DNA of 64,000 bases from Lingula anatina (Eukaryota > Animalia > Brachiopoda), in the NCBI GenBank assembly GCA_051362555.1, contig JBPQGU010000016.1:1426001-1490000 (forward strand), read 5' to 3'. How positions within the stretch are numbered: position 1 is the stretch's first letter; each line of letters opens with the position of its first letter. The notes below the pieces were generated by a model. That model was given only the letters and a program-made list of their open reading frames with translations. It made no database searches and had not been told where the DNA came from. The translations under genes were made by a program, and so were the position numbers. Below are positions 25,046 to 39,351 of the stretch, piece after piece.

Positions 25046-26134
25046 TCATCCATTTTGAACTAAAAATAAGTAAATAACATTATTAAATAATCCAAAAACA
25101 ACAATTTCAAAATAATAATAATAATAATGCTGCACACCAACGTAATTGCTCAAGAGGTCAGAAACATGACGACAAAAATCTATCCAACTTAGTCTGATTC
25201 TTTTTAAAAACGGTTGGATACATGATTTTTATAATACGATGGCAAACCATAACATGCATATTGTAACGTTAAAAGAAAAAACATATTTTTACGCGGTTCT
25301 TAAAACAGTAACGACATAGGCCTACTTTTTATAACTTATAAAAAAACGTTTGGCATTTGACAAAATGGACGACTTTCACGAGAAATGAATATCGCTGAAG
25401 CTTATTATCCGAACAAATGCCACATTTTACCCAGTGTTTCGTGTAAAAGCGAGATAGAAATTGGGACATAATACATAAACTCACTATCTGTCCCAGACAT
25501 AGGATTGTAGCAACATTCGTATGACACAACGATGGATCGCTCCTCCTGATTAGTCAATCCACATGGATAGATGGCGCTGCAATGCCCCTTTCCGTCACAT
25601 CTTTTCTGCAGTGACGTTCGTATTTCGTCATCTTGTTCGCATGCATTGGTCATGCTACATGAATCCACATGTCGAACCTAAATCAAGCCAAAAAAAAAAA
25701 TACTATATTTAGAGTTTGGAAGAAAACGCTTGTATTATCTAAAGGTCAGAATGTCCTTATTCGACATGTGCTATTTTCGGGTTGGAAAAAATTCGTCAAC
25801 ACACACCCTCCAAACAACAAAAACAAACAAACGAACAAAAAACACTATTTCCTTTAAAACGCCGACTGCTTTATATTAAACTTAAATATTTTCTAGAAAT
25901 AAATCCTATATTAACCACGAAATTCAAATGACACATGAAGAAAGGAATTTCGAAAACATAACTGAAGTAACCGTTCCTCATAATATATTATCACTTTTGT
26001 CAACCGAATTGTGCCTTCATCTTCAAGTGTAAAGCCTGCCATTGAAATAACTGACCAGTAACTTTGCTCTCCTTTTTCATCAAAACAAAATTTATCATCG
26101 AATCTTCCAATGATCTGTTGTATTTACTCTTAAA

Positions 26135-26186
<52 letters not shown>

Positions 26187-27079
26187 TACCCGCAAGATTT
26201 TTGGGTAATCGTCCTGGTTGCATAACAAAGTCAATCTGCTACTCAACATGCAGTCAAAGTGAACCTCATGTTGCGTTGCTGTAAAATTAGGATATTATTA
26301 GTATTTGTCCTTTTTCAAAGTTGAGCGGTATGCTTTAGCGATACAATTGTGCCGGTACACTTTGAATGACTTGTGGCAAAACCGCCTGTATCGATACACA
26401 CTGAGAGGCTTACAGCTAACCAGTTTGGCTATTGCGTAAGAGATTGTCGCTTAAATGGAGTTTCTTCGTTCGACACGGCCAATTAATTAATTTAGTTAAC
26501 AGTAGGATGCGAATTTGAGAAAGGGAGTAAAAGTAGGTCTAATGTATTTACATGTTATAAGTGTACCGGTGCACAGTATATTGCTAAAGTATATTGATCG
26601 ATGCTAAAAAAAAAACAAACACCTGTGAATGAAAATCTTTTAATAACTTTTGCTAAATGTCATTTTAGTAATCATCAGTAATCAAGAAGTAAGATCAGTA
26701 ACAATGCCCTTGAAAATATGATTAGTGTACTCGTTAATGCTAATGTCAAACGGTGCTTAAGAGAGCCTATTGACGTAAAGGATATTACGAAGTGATTGGC
26801 GTTATTAACACCTTGTGTTTTCCACTGAGAATAATTACCAGAGTTGTAAATATAGCCTAGGTGACTAAGATTACATACACAAACATACCAAATACTTCTA
26901 TTATTATAAAGGCGTAACTCACTGCATGCAGACTACATAAATCAAACATAGTTAAACATAAACATCGTTCCGTATAAGTCAAACTACACAGAGATGCCAC
27001 ATGTAACTTACGCAATGGTAACAAAAAATAACTTAACTTCATTATAAACGGTTACGTTGAAGTAGAGAGTTCTGGAGCG

Positions 27080-27117
<38 letters not shown>

Positions 27118-30100
27118 AAAAGGGGGCCTTAGAATCTCCCTTTTGACAAAAACCCTCTATGAATAAATATAAGACCCTGGTGCTCTTTCACTTTTCAACT
27201 TGGGTTGTGCTTTGAGGGACAAAATTTTAAGTTTCACTTTTTCAGAAAAAATAATCCTCCCCATTGAACTTGCTCGCTTAAGTATTTAAGTATTTCCCAA
27301 GAAGCGTGAAATGTTCATTTTTCATTACGAAAAAAGGGGTGGGGAGACAATATAGGGGGTCCATAGAATCTATCTTTTGGCATAAAAAGAAGAAAAAACC
27401 TCTATGTAACACCCAGGTGCTCTTTCACTTTTCACCTTGTGTCACCTGGTGCGTGCTTTGGGGACGAGAGCTAAAAAAAGTTTCCCTTTTTCAGAAAACT
27501 GAATTCCCCCTTTGCCGGATTTTTAGGAGCATTCGCAACAGGGTTGATCCTCGGGCTAACAAATTCGCGGTTCAAATAAAGCCGACCCACGGCCGAGTTC
27601 CCATCAGGGACTTTATTCAGTGTCTATTAGGGAATAATGGCGCGACTGCAGGTGGGTCGGCCATATTTGGTCCGCAGATCAACTCTGATTTGAATGCGGT
27701 GTAAAACATGCTATGACCCAAGTACCGCATTTTTGCATTTAAACGGTTCTTACCATTACAACAACGCAGACCGCACTGCCTGGTTTTAACTAGACGTTTC
27801 TCTTTGCATATTTGCGGATTAATACATTGGCGTTGTCGTGTCTGGACGCCGCCACCACAGGAGATGGAACATGCCGACCACGCTGACCAATGAGTGACCG
27901 CAACACCTAATAATAAAAAATGATAACAATAATTCATCCAGATGCAGCCTAAATCAATTAAAAAAAGGACCTTGACAAAAAGTGACGAGTAGTCAATTTG
28001 CCTCTCGAAGTCAGCGACAAACGCACGGCGTCACCTTACAGTTAATTATTCATTTTTTGCATTCTTCATAACCTCTTACCGTATTCATATGTAGGATCAA
28101 TTAAACGATGCAAATCGGCGACTAAAGCTTCCATTAAGTCAATCCTGCTGAGCTCTCTGATGTGGTGAAATGTGACATTGGTGCGCACAACGCTTGTTAT
28201 CTCCGCTACCGCAATGTGGGCGTCGCTGTTTGTAGCGTACTCAAACTCGGGCCCTATGCCTATACCACGTGCATACAGAATTCCAGCTTCATGCACCTTC
28301 ATAAATAAATTAATAATAATAAAAATCACAGATTATTGCAGAAAGTTAAAACAAAAACGTTACATGTGAGATATTTCTATAAATGCATTTTATTAGAATC
28401 GGAATTGCAAAGTGTTGATAAAGGTGGATAAACAGTTTCTATCCATCAATTAGAACAAATACTTCAAAAAAATTCAATTGAAGTGATAGCTCAGAAGAAA
28501 TAAAAACAATGCGCACACACATGCAGCTTAATATTTAATACTGCAGTTAATTCAGATGGCCCACATACCCGAACGTGAAATATGCATTAAATTGGTTTAT
28601 ATCTTTAATTCTTACATCATCTGCTGCTTGCATTACCGCTGTAGAATTTAAAGACGCGCCGCAGCTCAAAAACACGGCAAGGTTAGGTCCATTTCTCGCT
28701 GTACTGTTTTCCTGGATAAACATCTCATTGCTGGAATGGCAAATAAATGTTTGTATAAATTCTAAATACAGCAACTCGAAACATTTTAAGCGAGATAAAA
28801 TTCTAAAATGAACTATTTCGCTCACGTGGTTTGAGACGGATTGCTTTGAGTTTGTCACTTATAGAAAGGGCAAGATACAAGCGAAAAACTGTAAATGGAG
28901 CCGTTGTTTATGACTCTCTTTTTTACAGGAGAAAAATAAGTGTCACAATATAATAATGAATTCAATTTAATTTAATTGAAAAACGTGTTCAACTTTGGAA
29001 AATGCTTTTTTTCATCAGCTGTTTCATACATTATTAATTTAAAACAGTGGACAATACCAGTGCTTTCTTTAATTAGTTATTTTATTATGTGGTTTATTCA
29101 TATTGAACTTCAGGGCCATTTCAAGAATGGCCTTAAAATCTGGAAATTTACTATTAGGCATATCGCAGTATCATACAATCAACAGTCATATAAAATAAGA
29201 AGCATAAAATAAACGTTTAATTCTAACAAACTTTCAGTGTAAAATAACATACGTGGAAATGATATATTATAAGTTGTAGGAATTAACACTAAAGCGGAAA
29301 CACAGGTTTGCTGCTAGAGATGGTAACGGCGAATAAAACACGTACCTCAGTAGCTGTAATGCCTCAAATGTTGCCCTCGGTCCGCCTACGTACGGTATAT
29401 CATCCACCATATCTATCATGGTATCTATATCAAATGTGTCATTCAAGCGCAACCCGATGCCACTTTTCCCGGAAACTTGAATAACGCCAAACCGAGTCAA
29501 ATTTCGGCCCACCGCGAAAGCTTGCATGATTCCCATGACGAACAACAGCTGCAACCGGAAGTGGGAGTGTCCTGCTCTATAAGAGCCATCTATAATAAAG
29601 ACGATGTTACTAGGAGCGGGCACTGCAACTGAAATGGTGAAAGAAACGTGGGGATAATAATCTACGTTACACAGTCCAACTAGGAGATAAATATGTATAC
29701 AACTATCTCATGATATTAGTATTTTGATGAACTTGTTGCGTTTGTTACGTTATAAACTGTTTGAAACAAAGGGATGTGTGAGGCCTGCCATGTAGGCCTA
29801 TATGCCTTCTCATGCCTTGTCACAAAATCAGCCTAACAGCGTGTTAGAACTTAGTTTATTTACTACGTCTTCATAAACTTTCGTGTGGTACATAAGCTTG
29901 CTACTTTTGTAATTGCGGTCTAAGGCGACAATTTAGGCGTACAGCGTTTTAGCTTAGCTCCGCTTCGCGCGGGTTTTCAGGCGTTTCATTTTTTAGTCTC
30001 GCATGACGTCACGACTCGCTTTGGACTATCTTGGATGCTTCCCATCTATTTTGGTACTCACGTTTGCACACTCCGATGTCCTCTTCCATATCATACGCCT

Positions 30101-33100
30101 CTGTGTAGGCACAGCTCCTGCGCTATATGACACCAACCATAGAAGAGACTGTGTAAATACGTATTTTGCAATATATAGGTTTGACTATTATTATAGAAGA
30201 AATATGAACTTACGATTAATTAAAAATAAATGTAGAAAAATATTGGTCCAACCATAACAATAAAGCTGTATTATCATTTATTTTATCAACATACTTAGCT
30301 ACAACTAACAAATTGAATGGTGGCACATGTTTTCGCCAAACACCGCCGTTTGCTAATATTAACGTTATGCAAACAAGGAAATGTATATTACTATAAGTGA
30401 GAAGTTAAATCATTCAAATTACCACTAAAAGTCTTTGCCGTGTCCGTCTGTTATTCCGGTCACATTTTGACCACTCTGACCATGGGGACACATCTGTATA
30501 AAAAAAAAAGAAATATAGTTTTAAAAATCCTCATCGCGATCAAATAAATACACAGTCTTTTTGTGCAAAGCATTTCTTATACTCGGTCCTGCATGGTGGC
30601 ATGTTGGCTGCGGCTGAAACCCAGCATACACAGCGTTATTATAACGTTACCGTAACGTTTATATTACCCCAAAACTTTACGGTAACGTTATTATAACGTT
30701 ACCATAACGTTTATATAACAAAAACATTAAGGCATCAAAACGTTCTGCTTGCGCTGGGAAAGCATATAACGTGATCCCGAGCTTAGCTCTATAGTAATGT
30801 CCCATTGCATTTTTACGTGATGTACTTACTGCTCATACAGGCCAGCACGATTTCTACGTGAGCTCCATTATTCTTTGTAATGTTTCTGTCCGGCGTACAG
30901 GTTCCGGTCACGTGGTCTAGTAATGGGCGGGGCACACTTATGGGATCACTGTCAAAGATAAGATTCAGATATAGCATGTAAACGGTAAAATAATGCATGT
31001 TCATTGCCAAATATCCAAACAGTTTAGTACTTAAAAAAATAAATTCGATAATGTGATCAGGTGAATTTATAAGTATTTATCCAAATCTCTGTTTATTTTA
31101 TTTATAGGTGATAACAATATGCTTGACTTGCATTTTGGATATCTCTACGCATAGTTTCTACCCCATTAAGTTAAAAGTACATTAGTTGCATTTAAACGCA
31201 CCTTTTGTGATGAAATAATACAAATAACTATACTTACATAACCCCTGTCGTAAATATAGTGCATCCTAGAATCACAGGTGCCACCAGTTCTGCAGGACAA
31301 CGTACTGAAGGCTTGAAAGTAGTATTTTCTAAATCTCCAAGGTTCTGTTTGAATTCTTGGTAGTGTACTCTTGAGTGCCTACATTCTTCGGCGCATGTTA
31401 GAATAGACTGGAAATAACATGTTCAAGTTTAAAGATGGCAGGGTGATATTGTGTAAAGATGTATCTATGTAAGACTCACTTGCTTCATACTAAAAATGAA
31501 ATATGTATGTTCGAAATGAGTGTAAAATGGCATAACTTTCGGAAGTCAAAATAACTGTAGTCACAGTGCAGTACCAATGATGCTAAATCATAAGACGACT
31601 TTATTAATACAGAAATATAGAAGGCGGTTATTACAGGGCTCGAAGTGCTAAAACGTTTTATGGGATGAAATATATATCTCAGAGTAAAATTTTACATGGA
31701 TTTTAGCCTGAAACAACCTTTTCGTTGCAGCGTTAATTAAATACACACATACTAAAACATTATCGGTGTTGATTCCGCTTCCAACGGCATGAGCGTCGCA
31801 AACCAACTGGCCGCCAAAGAGACCTCGGTGCAGCCGTGGTATACAGCCTCCGGGGGTATCCTTGTTTATACATCCACACTGTATGGGCACTTGGTTCTCT
31901 GACGGACACCGGGGAGACCCGACGACAACTGAAATATGGAGATCAAGCTTATGTGATGTCATGACTTTGCTTTCTGCAAAGGCAACACGCGCGTGCGGGC
32001 GTGCACACATGCGCCATCTCAGTGATACCAAGCCTACTGTAATAACAGGCCTACCCAACTACCAGACTCGGCACCGAATGATCCTGAATTCACCGGTAGA
32101 TCAGACCACACTACCCGTTTTCAAGGTGTGTGTCAGATCGCATTACACAGTATCAGACGCGACACCGCTCTTGCTTAGTACGCGATGTGATAGTGACGAT
32201 TCTCAGCGGGGTTGAAAAGCATTGCATCACCACTCAAAATTTGTTCAGGGTATGATACTGTGTAATGCGATCTGATACACACCTTGAAAACGGGTAGTGT
32301 GGTCTGATATACCGGTGAATTCAGGATCATTCGGTGCCGAGTCTGGTAGTTGGGTAGGCCTGAATAAGCCGCATCTTTAACTACGCGAAGACCAGATATT
32401 TTACCAAAATCTGGCACAGAATTTAACTTTCCTTCAGTGCCTACTTAAACAGATAATCCGCCTGCCAGTAGATGCATACTGGTTAAAGTAAGCGTGACGT
32501 AAATGGGTCAAAATCTAGCGCTGACTGTTTGACTTGACAATTCGATTTCGAAACATCATGAACCACAAGTACAATCTGGTATGGAAAATGAATCCGGGGT
32601 TTTACACTTTCAGTACAAATCAAACAAAAGGAAAACGTTACTATGCTATTAATGTTTACAAGGATATCACCTTACCTTTGTTTGTGGTGCACTTATTCTT
32701 GACTCCACTTACAGCTTTCACTTCTCCCGAAGAGTCAAAGAACCCGTTCAAACGCCTGGAGCGAGAGCTTGTCCCAAAACATGCATTTGCCGTATTCTCC
32801 GAAAGTTGGCGCCGTAGTATCAATACACCAGTTTTAGTCACCTGTTGGTGACTTTCGTTGCTTCGTGTCACAACGTGTAGTGTATCATTTTCCATCACGG
32901 TTTCCAAGTCACTCTCAACTGGGACTTCACTGTATGACTCGTTCGCTGCACGTTCAACTGTCTGTTGATAAATATTTCCGCATTTTTGGTGTGCTTCATA
33001 GTCAATAGGTGGTGCCACAGGCGTCAAATATCGTATAAAGGTGTAAGCAACACAGCGCGTCTCCTATAATTGATTTAATGATCAATAATTCAATTAAAAT

Positions 33101-36100
33101 AAATAAATAGTCATCTTTTCAATCATTAGTGAACACAACTTATTTAGGATTGTGCTTGATTAATATCATGTATGAACTGCCAACAGAATATACACTTTTG
33201 ATATAACAATGTAAGTATAGATGCTTAAGAGCAACAATATGCGATGCAAATACAAACAAACAAAACAAAACCATTAGTTACATATTAAACAAATATTTCT
33301 ATGTAATAAACTTGTTTTACAAACAACCAGACACTGTTTACAGCTATCCTTGTGAGATCTCAATTTTTATAAATTCAACTAACTTTTATCATACCTTGCT
33401 GCACTCGAGCGCACATTCCTCTTCAGATTTTCCGCCGAGGAAGAGGAATCGGTCCACCCCGTCAAAATCTTCTTCCAAGGATAACACCACGTGGTCGTTA
33501 AACTGTTGGTAATCGCATGAAGGATAAACCTGCAAGTCTTCATTAAGGGCGTCAATGAATATGAGGGGTAGGCCTACGTACTTCCAGTTCAGTTGACAGT
33601 GCTTAATTTGATGCTGTGCCATCTTTTCTGAATGCTTCTAAGATAGTTTTACTATTACATTTTACCATTTAAACTTAAAACAAAACAAAAGACATGACGT
33701 ACATTCTCTAATGGGTAACTCTTAAACTTTTCATTAAATATTATATTATTACATTATTTAAATTAATTTAAATACAACCACCTTCACATAAGGTACCTCC
33801 CCAAGGTTGCTCACAGTTACAGCTGAAGGATCCGCCCACATTTGTGCAAGTACCGCCATTTTGACACGGATTGTCCACACACAGGTCAGGAGCTGAAGTA
33901 TTGATATTTCACATATGTAAAATGTATTGTGAAGATGGCTATATTTTTATTGAGATTGATACATGATTAATAGTGTTCTTGTGTCTAAAATTTATTGTAA
34001 GGCGTCTAAGTTAACACTTATAAATATTAACATATATGAAAACTCAAATAACAAGCAGCACACAAACATACAAATTAAATTAAAATAAATAAAAAAATAA
34101 TAGCCAAGAAAACACATTAAGATACCCCGACTTACCTTGACAGGTGTGGCCTACCCAACCTTGGCCACACGTACAGGTAAAACCACCGATATGCTCCTGA
34201 CACGTCCCTCCATTGAAACATGGATTTATAGCACACTCATCTATGTCTGCAGTTGAAATGTATGAGGGCATTACAAAGTGGCTTTGCTTTGTTCAAAGGG
34301 TTTTTAAAAAGAAACTCAGTGTTCGATTCAACTCTTTAATTGCATGTAAAAACAAGTCATGGCCAATTAACATGCCAAAAATACCGCGTTGCTAAACTAT
34401 TCTACTTAGTCTCATACAGTTAGTCACGCTATCCTAAATAGCGCGTTTGCTGCGGGGGAATCTGCACGTATGATAAAGTGATACATCAACGACATTTATA
34501 ATTATTGGTTAAGAAAATCGCACTCCTGGGTTGCACTTACATACCAAGCTTATGGTCCGAATTCAACAGAACACGCAAAAATGGTCACAATTTGCAAAAT
34601 GTTAGAACAAGATGTTGTAGAGAAAAAGATTAATACAGTGGCGTATTTAGGGGGGGGGGGGTGTCAGGGGGATCCTGACCCCCCTCTTCGATTTCTGAAA
34701 TAAAATCACACCAATGTTCCCCTCTTGAAATTAGAATTTTGACTAGCTGAATCATATTTCTACACCCTGTAATAGGCCTGCTTGGCAGCTCCACAAAACG
34801 TGTTAAAACTTTAAATTAAGTTGTCATATCCCGATATAAAAGTTAACGAATTTGCATATATCTTACCAGTCTCGCACACTTCTCCTGTGTAACCAAGGGG
34901 ACAGTCGCACGTGAATGTGTCCATGCCGCCCTGACACACCCCACAATTCAAGCATGGCCGACTGGAACATTCGTCAATCTCTGATATGATAAATGGAATA
35001 ACTTAAAGGTGGAATTGCAATTAAATCAATCTAAGTTTATCTCATTTGTCTTAATTAAAAAAAAAAAAAAAAAAAAAAAAACAGATGGAACGAACTATGG
35101 ATTTGACATAATTGGAGTAGCTTCAAAAACCACCATTTTTTTCAATTACTTAAATATACATAGTGACATAATTTGAGTAATAGGAAACGCAGCAAATAAA
35201 TTAAACAAAATAAAGAGGTGCAGTGGAGCCAATGCGTGCTTTCAATTTCGCACCCTTTTTCAGAACTAAATGTTGATTTGCTACATAGGGTATAAAGGAT
35301 AATAAAACAACAAGCAACTCAAGGTACTAGCTGTCGGTCGTATCACGGGTGTATTTTCGTCATTTCTTACCTGTTTCACACAATTCCCCAGTATAACCTG
35401 GCGCGCATGCGCAAACATGACTATTCCCCGAATACATGCACGTCCCACCGTTTAAACAATCACCAGACACGGAGCACTCATTATGCATTGCTGCAAATAT
35501 AACAATATGAATACCTTATAAGGAACAACAGAATACGCATGATCAATCAATCAATACACACCGTAAAGTGTAAAATAAATACGAATATCTTAAGTGAAAA
35601 TAAGAATAAAACAATTGGTAGTTATAAAATAAAAATAAAACTGTAAACTGAAGAATAAATCTTACTGGAAATATATTTCTCATAACGTCTAGGGGCACCT
35701 TACTATATCTACCTTATGGAAAGAGAGACGAGGAAAGGAGAGAGAGAGAGAGAGAGGGAGGCTGGGGGGGGAGAGGGGGGGGGAAGAGAGGGAAATGAAG
35801 AAAAGGAGAGAGACAGAGAAGGGACATACATGGAATCCGTGTTTGGCATAATACACCAGTTGTATCATTTGTGCATGCGCAGCTAAACATATTCACCATA
35901 TCATTACATATTCCGCCATTGAAACACGGGTTGCTGCTACATTCGTTCATTTCTGCAAAATATAATGCTTCAAAGATTTAAAAGTGTATTAAAATATGTA
36001 ATAACACTTTAATATTATAAACTGCTAATGAGGTAGAGATGCGCATTAAAACAACGTCAACATTTCAATCAGACAAGAAAGTAATTTCAGAGGACATAAT

Positions 36101-37587
36101 CAGTCATGCATTCAAAGTATATTTATCTGTATAACTTGCAATTTTAATATCGAAAGCATCATCTTAAATAATTTTATATGGGCCTACATACCCGTCTCAC
36201 AGAAAACTCCTGTGAAGCCTGCTACGCATGCGCAGTAGAATCCGTTGACTTCGTCGTGGCAAGTGGCTCCATTATGACAAGGGTCGCTTTCACACTCGTT
36301 TATGTCTAATGAAAGAAAATTGAAATCCCTGATAAACGTTCTCATTTTATCAGACACTTAACATATACAGCAGTGAAACAGCTCGTTCAAGATTACGTTT
36401 GGATCCATTTTACTCTCTCAAATTCAGTGTAATGTTAATGAATACAGAAAACTATTTGTTTCAAACAATTCAAATACTGACAGAGTAGGCTACTTCTGAC
36501 TACGAATTAGAGTTTAAATGATCGCACTGACCCGTGCTGGGGGCCAAGCGTTACTCCTACATTGGCAAAAGTCCTTTTTTAGCGCAAATATGACAAGAGA
36601 ACCAAAGCATACATTTCACCTAAGTTGCTCTGAACTGACCATTTATTTATTTATTTATTTTTTTTTTTTTTGTTGTCAGTATCTTATTTGCTTATATAGC
36701 AAGTGCAACGATTGAATTAGTGTGTTAGTAAATCACATGATACATTGCTTGGTCTCTGTTGTTTAGTTATAATAAAACCCGCTAGAGGCGCTATTAGTGC
36801 AGTTACGTCATTGAAGGGCTAACAAAACGCCAAGCACTCTGAGAAGATGGCAGGTGGGCTTGCTAAAAATATTTTGACGAAATTTTGACAGCCATACCAT
36901 ACCCGTTTCACAAAGTGTTCCTGTCCATCCGGCATAACAGGCGCAGTAGAACATACGATATAAATCCACGCATCTCCCATTCAGGCATGGGCGGTTAATA
37001 CACTCGTCAAGATCTGAAAGAGAGAAGGTCCCGTCAGGCGTAATATGTAAAGTATCCATGATGTATTCATGACGAATCCAAGTATCCGTTTTAACATTTG
37101 GAGATTTGAAAATAATTGAAGATTTAATTGTGAATTTATGTTTTCTTTCTTTTAATTATTCATTATCACTTTTTAATATATATATATATTTAAATATTTG
37201 GTGGAAAACAGGATTAACAAACATATTTCAAGATTGACTCAATATCAAAGCAGCTCCCTCCTCTATTGGCCTAACTGCCATATGTAGCCATGGTATCTAT
37301 AAACACGACATTGATTAATTTGAGTGAACCTATCATTGATAGCGACAAAAAGCTCATGTATTTGAGTAGAAAAAGGAGTCGACTTACCGTTCGCCATAAC
37401 TGTCTCGTACAGGAAATCGCTTGAGATACTGAAACCGATTGAAAGCGTGAATAGTTATCAAGTGTATTCTATAGATCTATAGGAATTTTCGAACTTTCCT
37501 TTACTTTTACTATGTAAGATCCAGTAAAACTTAAAGTATATTTTTACATATTATTGCGTTTATTTTTCACTTCTATGAAGCATCTTA

Positions 37588-37634
<47 letters not shown>

Positions 37635-39308
37635 AATGATAACACCTTTGGACTTTGGGATATCGCTAACATCGCTGCCTCACCCTCTTATGTTAACTGC
37701 ATAACAACCAATAGTAAAATAGCCAGTCTGGTTTGCCATTGGCGTCCACGAAATATCAACATAATACATGTTCTCAGAAATCTGCTCCACGGGGGTTCTT
37801 GTAACACCGTACGGTGCAAGCAGGATAAATTCATCTATGCTGAAAAAATTAAAATGTGAAGCAGAAAAAGAGCTGAATCTCATGGAAATTTGACCTAAAA
37901 CAAGAATCAGGAAACAAAATTGATCAAATGCAGCGTATCGGATTTCCTTTTCTTAAATATACTTTTCCCTTTTTTAACATGGCGTTCAAGCCACTCTGTG
38001 AACAAGGACGGTTGCATGACGTGCAAAATCCCTCACAAAAATACAGAGCAGAAATGTGCAAAGATAGTGAATACAAAGACAAAATTATCTAGTAAACAAT
38101 TTCCTTAGACTGCGAATCTTTCGAAGGGAAGTTTGACCTTGGCCTTCAAGATTAGGTTTCAGATTTCTTCATCGATACATTGTATACACCTTCACAAATA
38201 AGGTACAATCATAAGTATATACATCCAACTGCATCGTTACACAAATAAATCAGTATACTCTACATACGGGAACCGGCTTAGAATTCGGACCCTCCTGTGG
38301 AAGCTCGCAGCCGGCGCGATGGCTGTTGGACCGGAAGACAGTCCAGACTTCAACAAGACAGGGATGTCGTCATAGCTGCCAATTTCCAATGCTTTGATCA
38401 AAACCTAGTCAAATGACATGACAGTAAATGTCATAAACACATCTTACAAACTTAGACATGTAAGACCGTAGTAATATATGCTAAATTCGGGTGTTTTTCG
38501 GTGAAATGCAATTATTTTCTCTCGGTATGCATGTCAAATAATACACTGCCACCCTCTTGCCATATATAAACATTAAACATTTCGGTGCCCCTAGAGATGT
38601 TCCAGCATATACCGCTTGACTGTGGGTTTACAATGGATTATCTCACTCGCAATACGGATTAAAAGCGCACTTGCATAAGATATACAGGTGCGAGAGAAGT
38701 CGGCCTTAAGTGGATGCCCAGATCTTGGTTTATTAGCCAAGCTTGTCCATTTCATTATTTTTAAAGATCTGTAACACATTAAATGATAGGCCTTATCAAT
38801 CTCAACACTATTTAGTACGAGCTCACTGAGACAGCTTGGCAACACAGAATGGTCGCCACGAAAAAGAAATTCTCGCTGTTAGAACCCTGATAAAGGATGT
38901 CAAAAATGCCACGGTGATCTGTAGTGTTTATTTTTTGTACTTTAATTAATGAGGCAAAACCATTGTAATTCTGAAGTTTTATTACCCGATAGCCTTCATG
39001 AGACATATTTTATTTTATTTTTTTAAACAAATAAATAACAACAAGCAGTAAAGACAACGTTAAACACAAATTTTGCATACGTCACAATCACAAATGAATA
39101 ATATATTCACAAAACCGGCAATAGGCCTATATGCTTACCTGTAAAGGTACAGCAGACAGCGGAGTCTCATCATTCTTCGTGGCTCCACCTAGCGTGATAG
39201 GTCTGCGCGGGAAATCTTCAATGATCAGCGCGACAGCATACAAATCGCCATGATTAAAAACATCGGTGTTGGGTATATACAACGTGCAGTTCTGAAGTAA
39301 AAATACGA

Positions 39309-39351
<43 letters not shown>

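Noticed and set aside
26315-26385. Possible extra exon of gene B (acceptor at 26385)
   Set aside because: It hits an in-frame TGA in the required phase, whereas the acceptor at 26278 gives a lectin-like reading.
27081-27113. G33 run as a functional G-quadruplex
   Set aside because: G/C homopolymers recur in this window inside G-rich MITEs, and their length is error-prone in assemblies.
31862-32417. Two ORFs sharing [17 protein letters not shown]...
   Set aside because: They are the two arms of the foldback MITE read on opposite strands.
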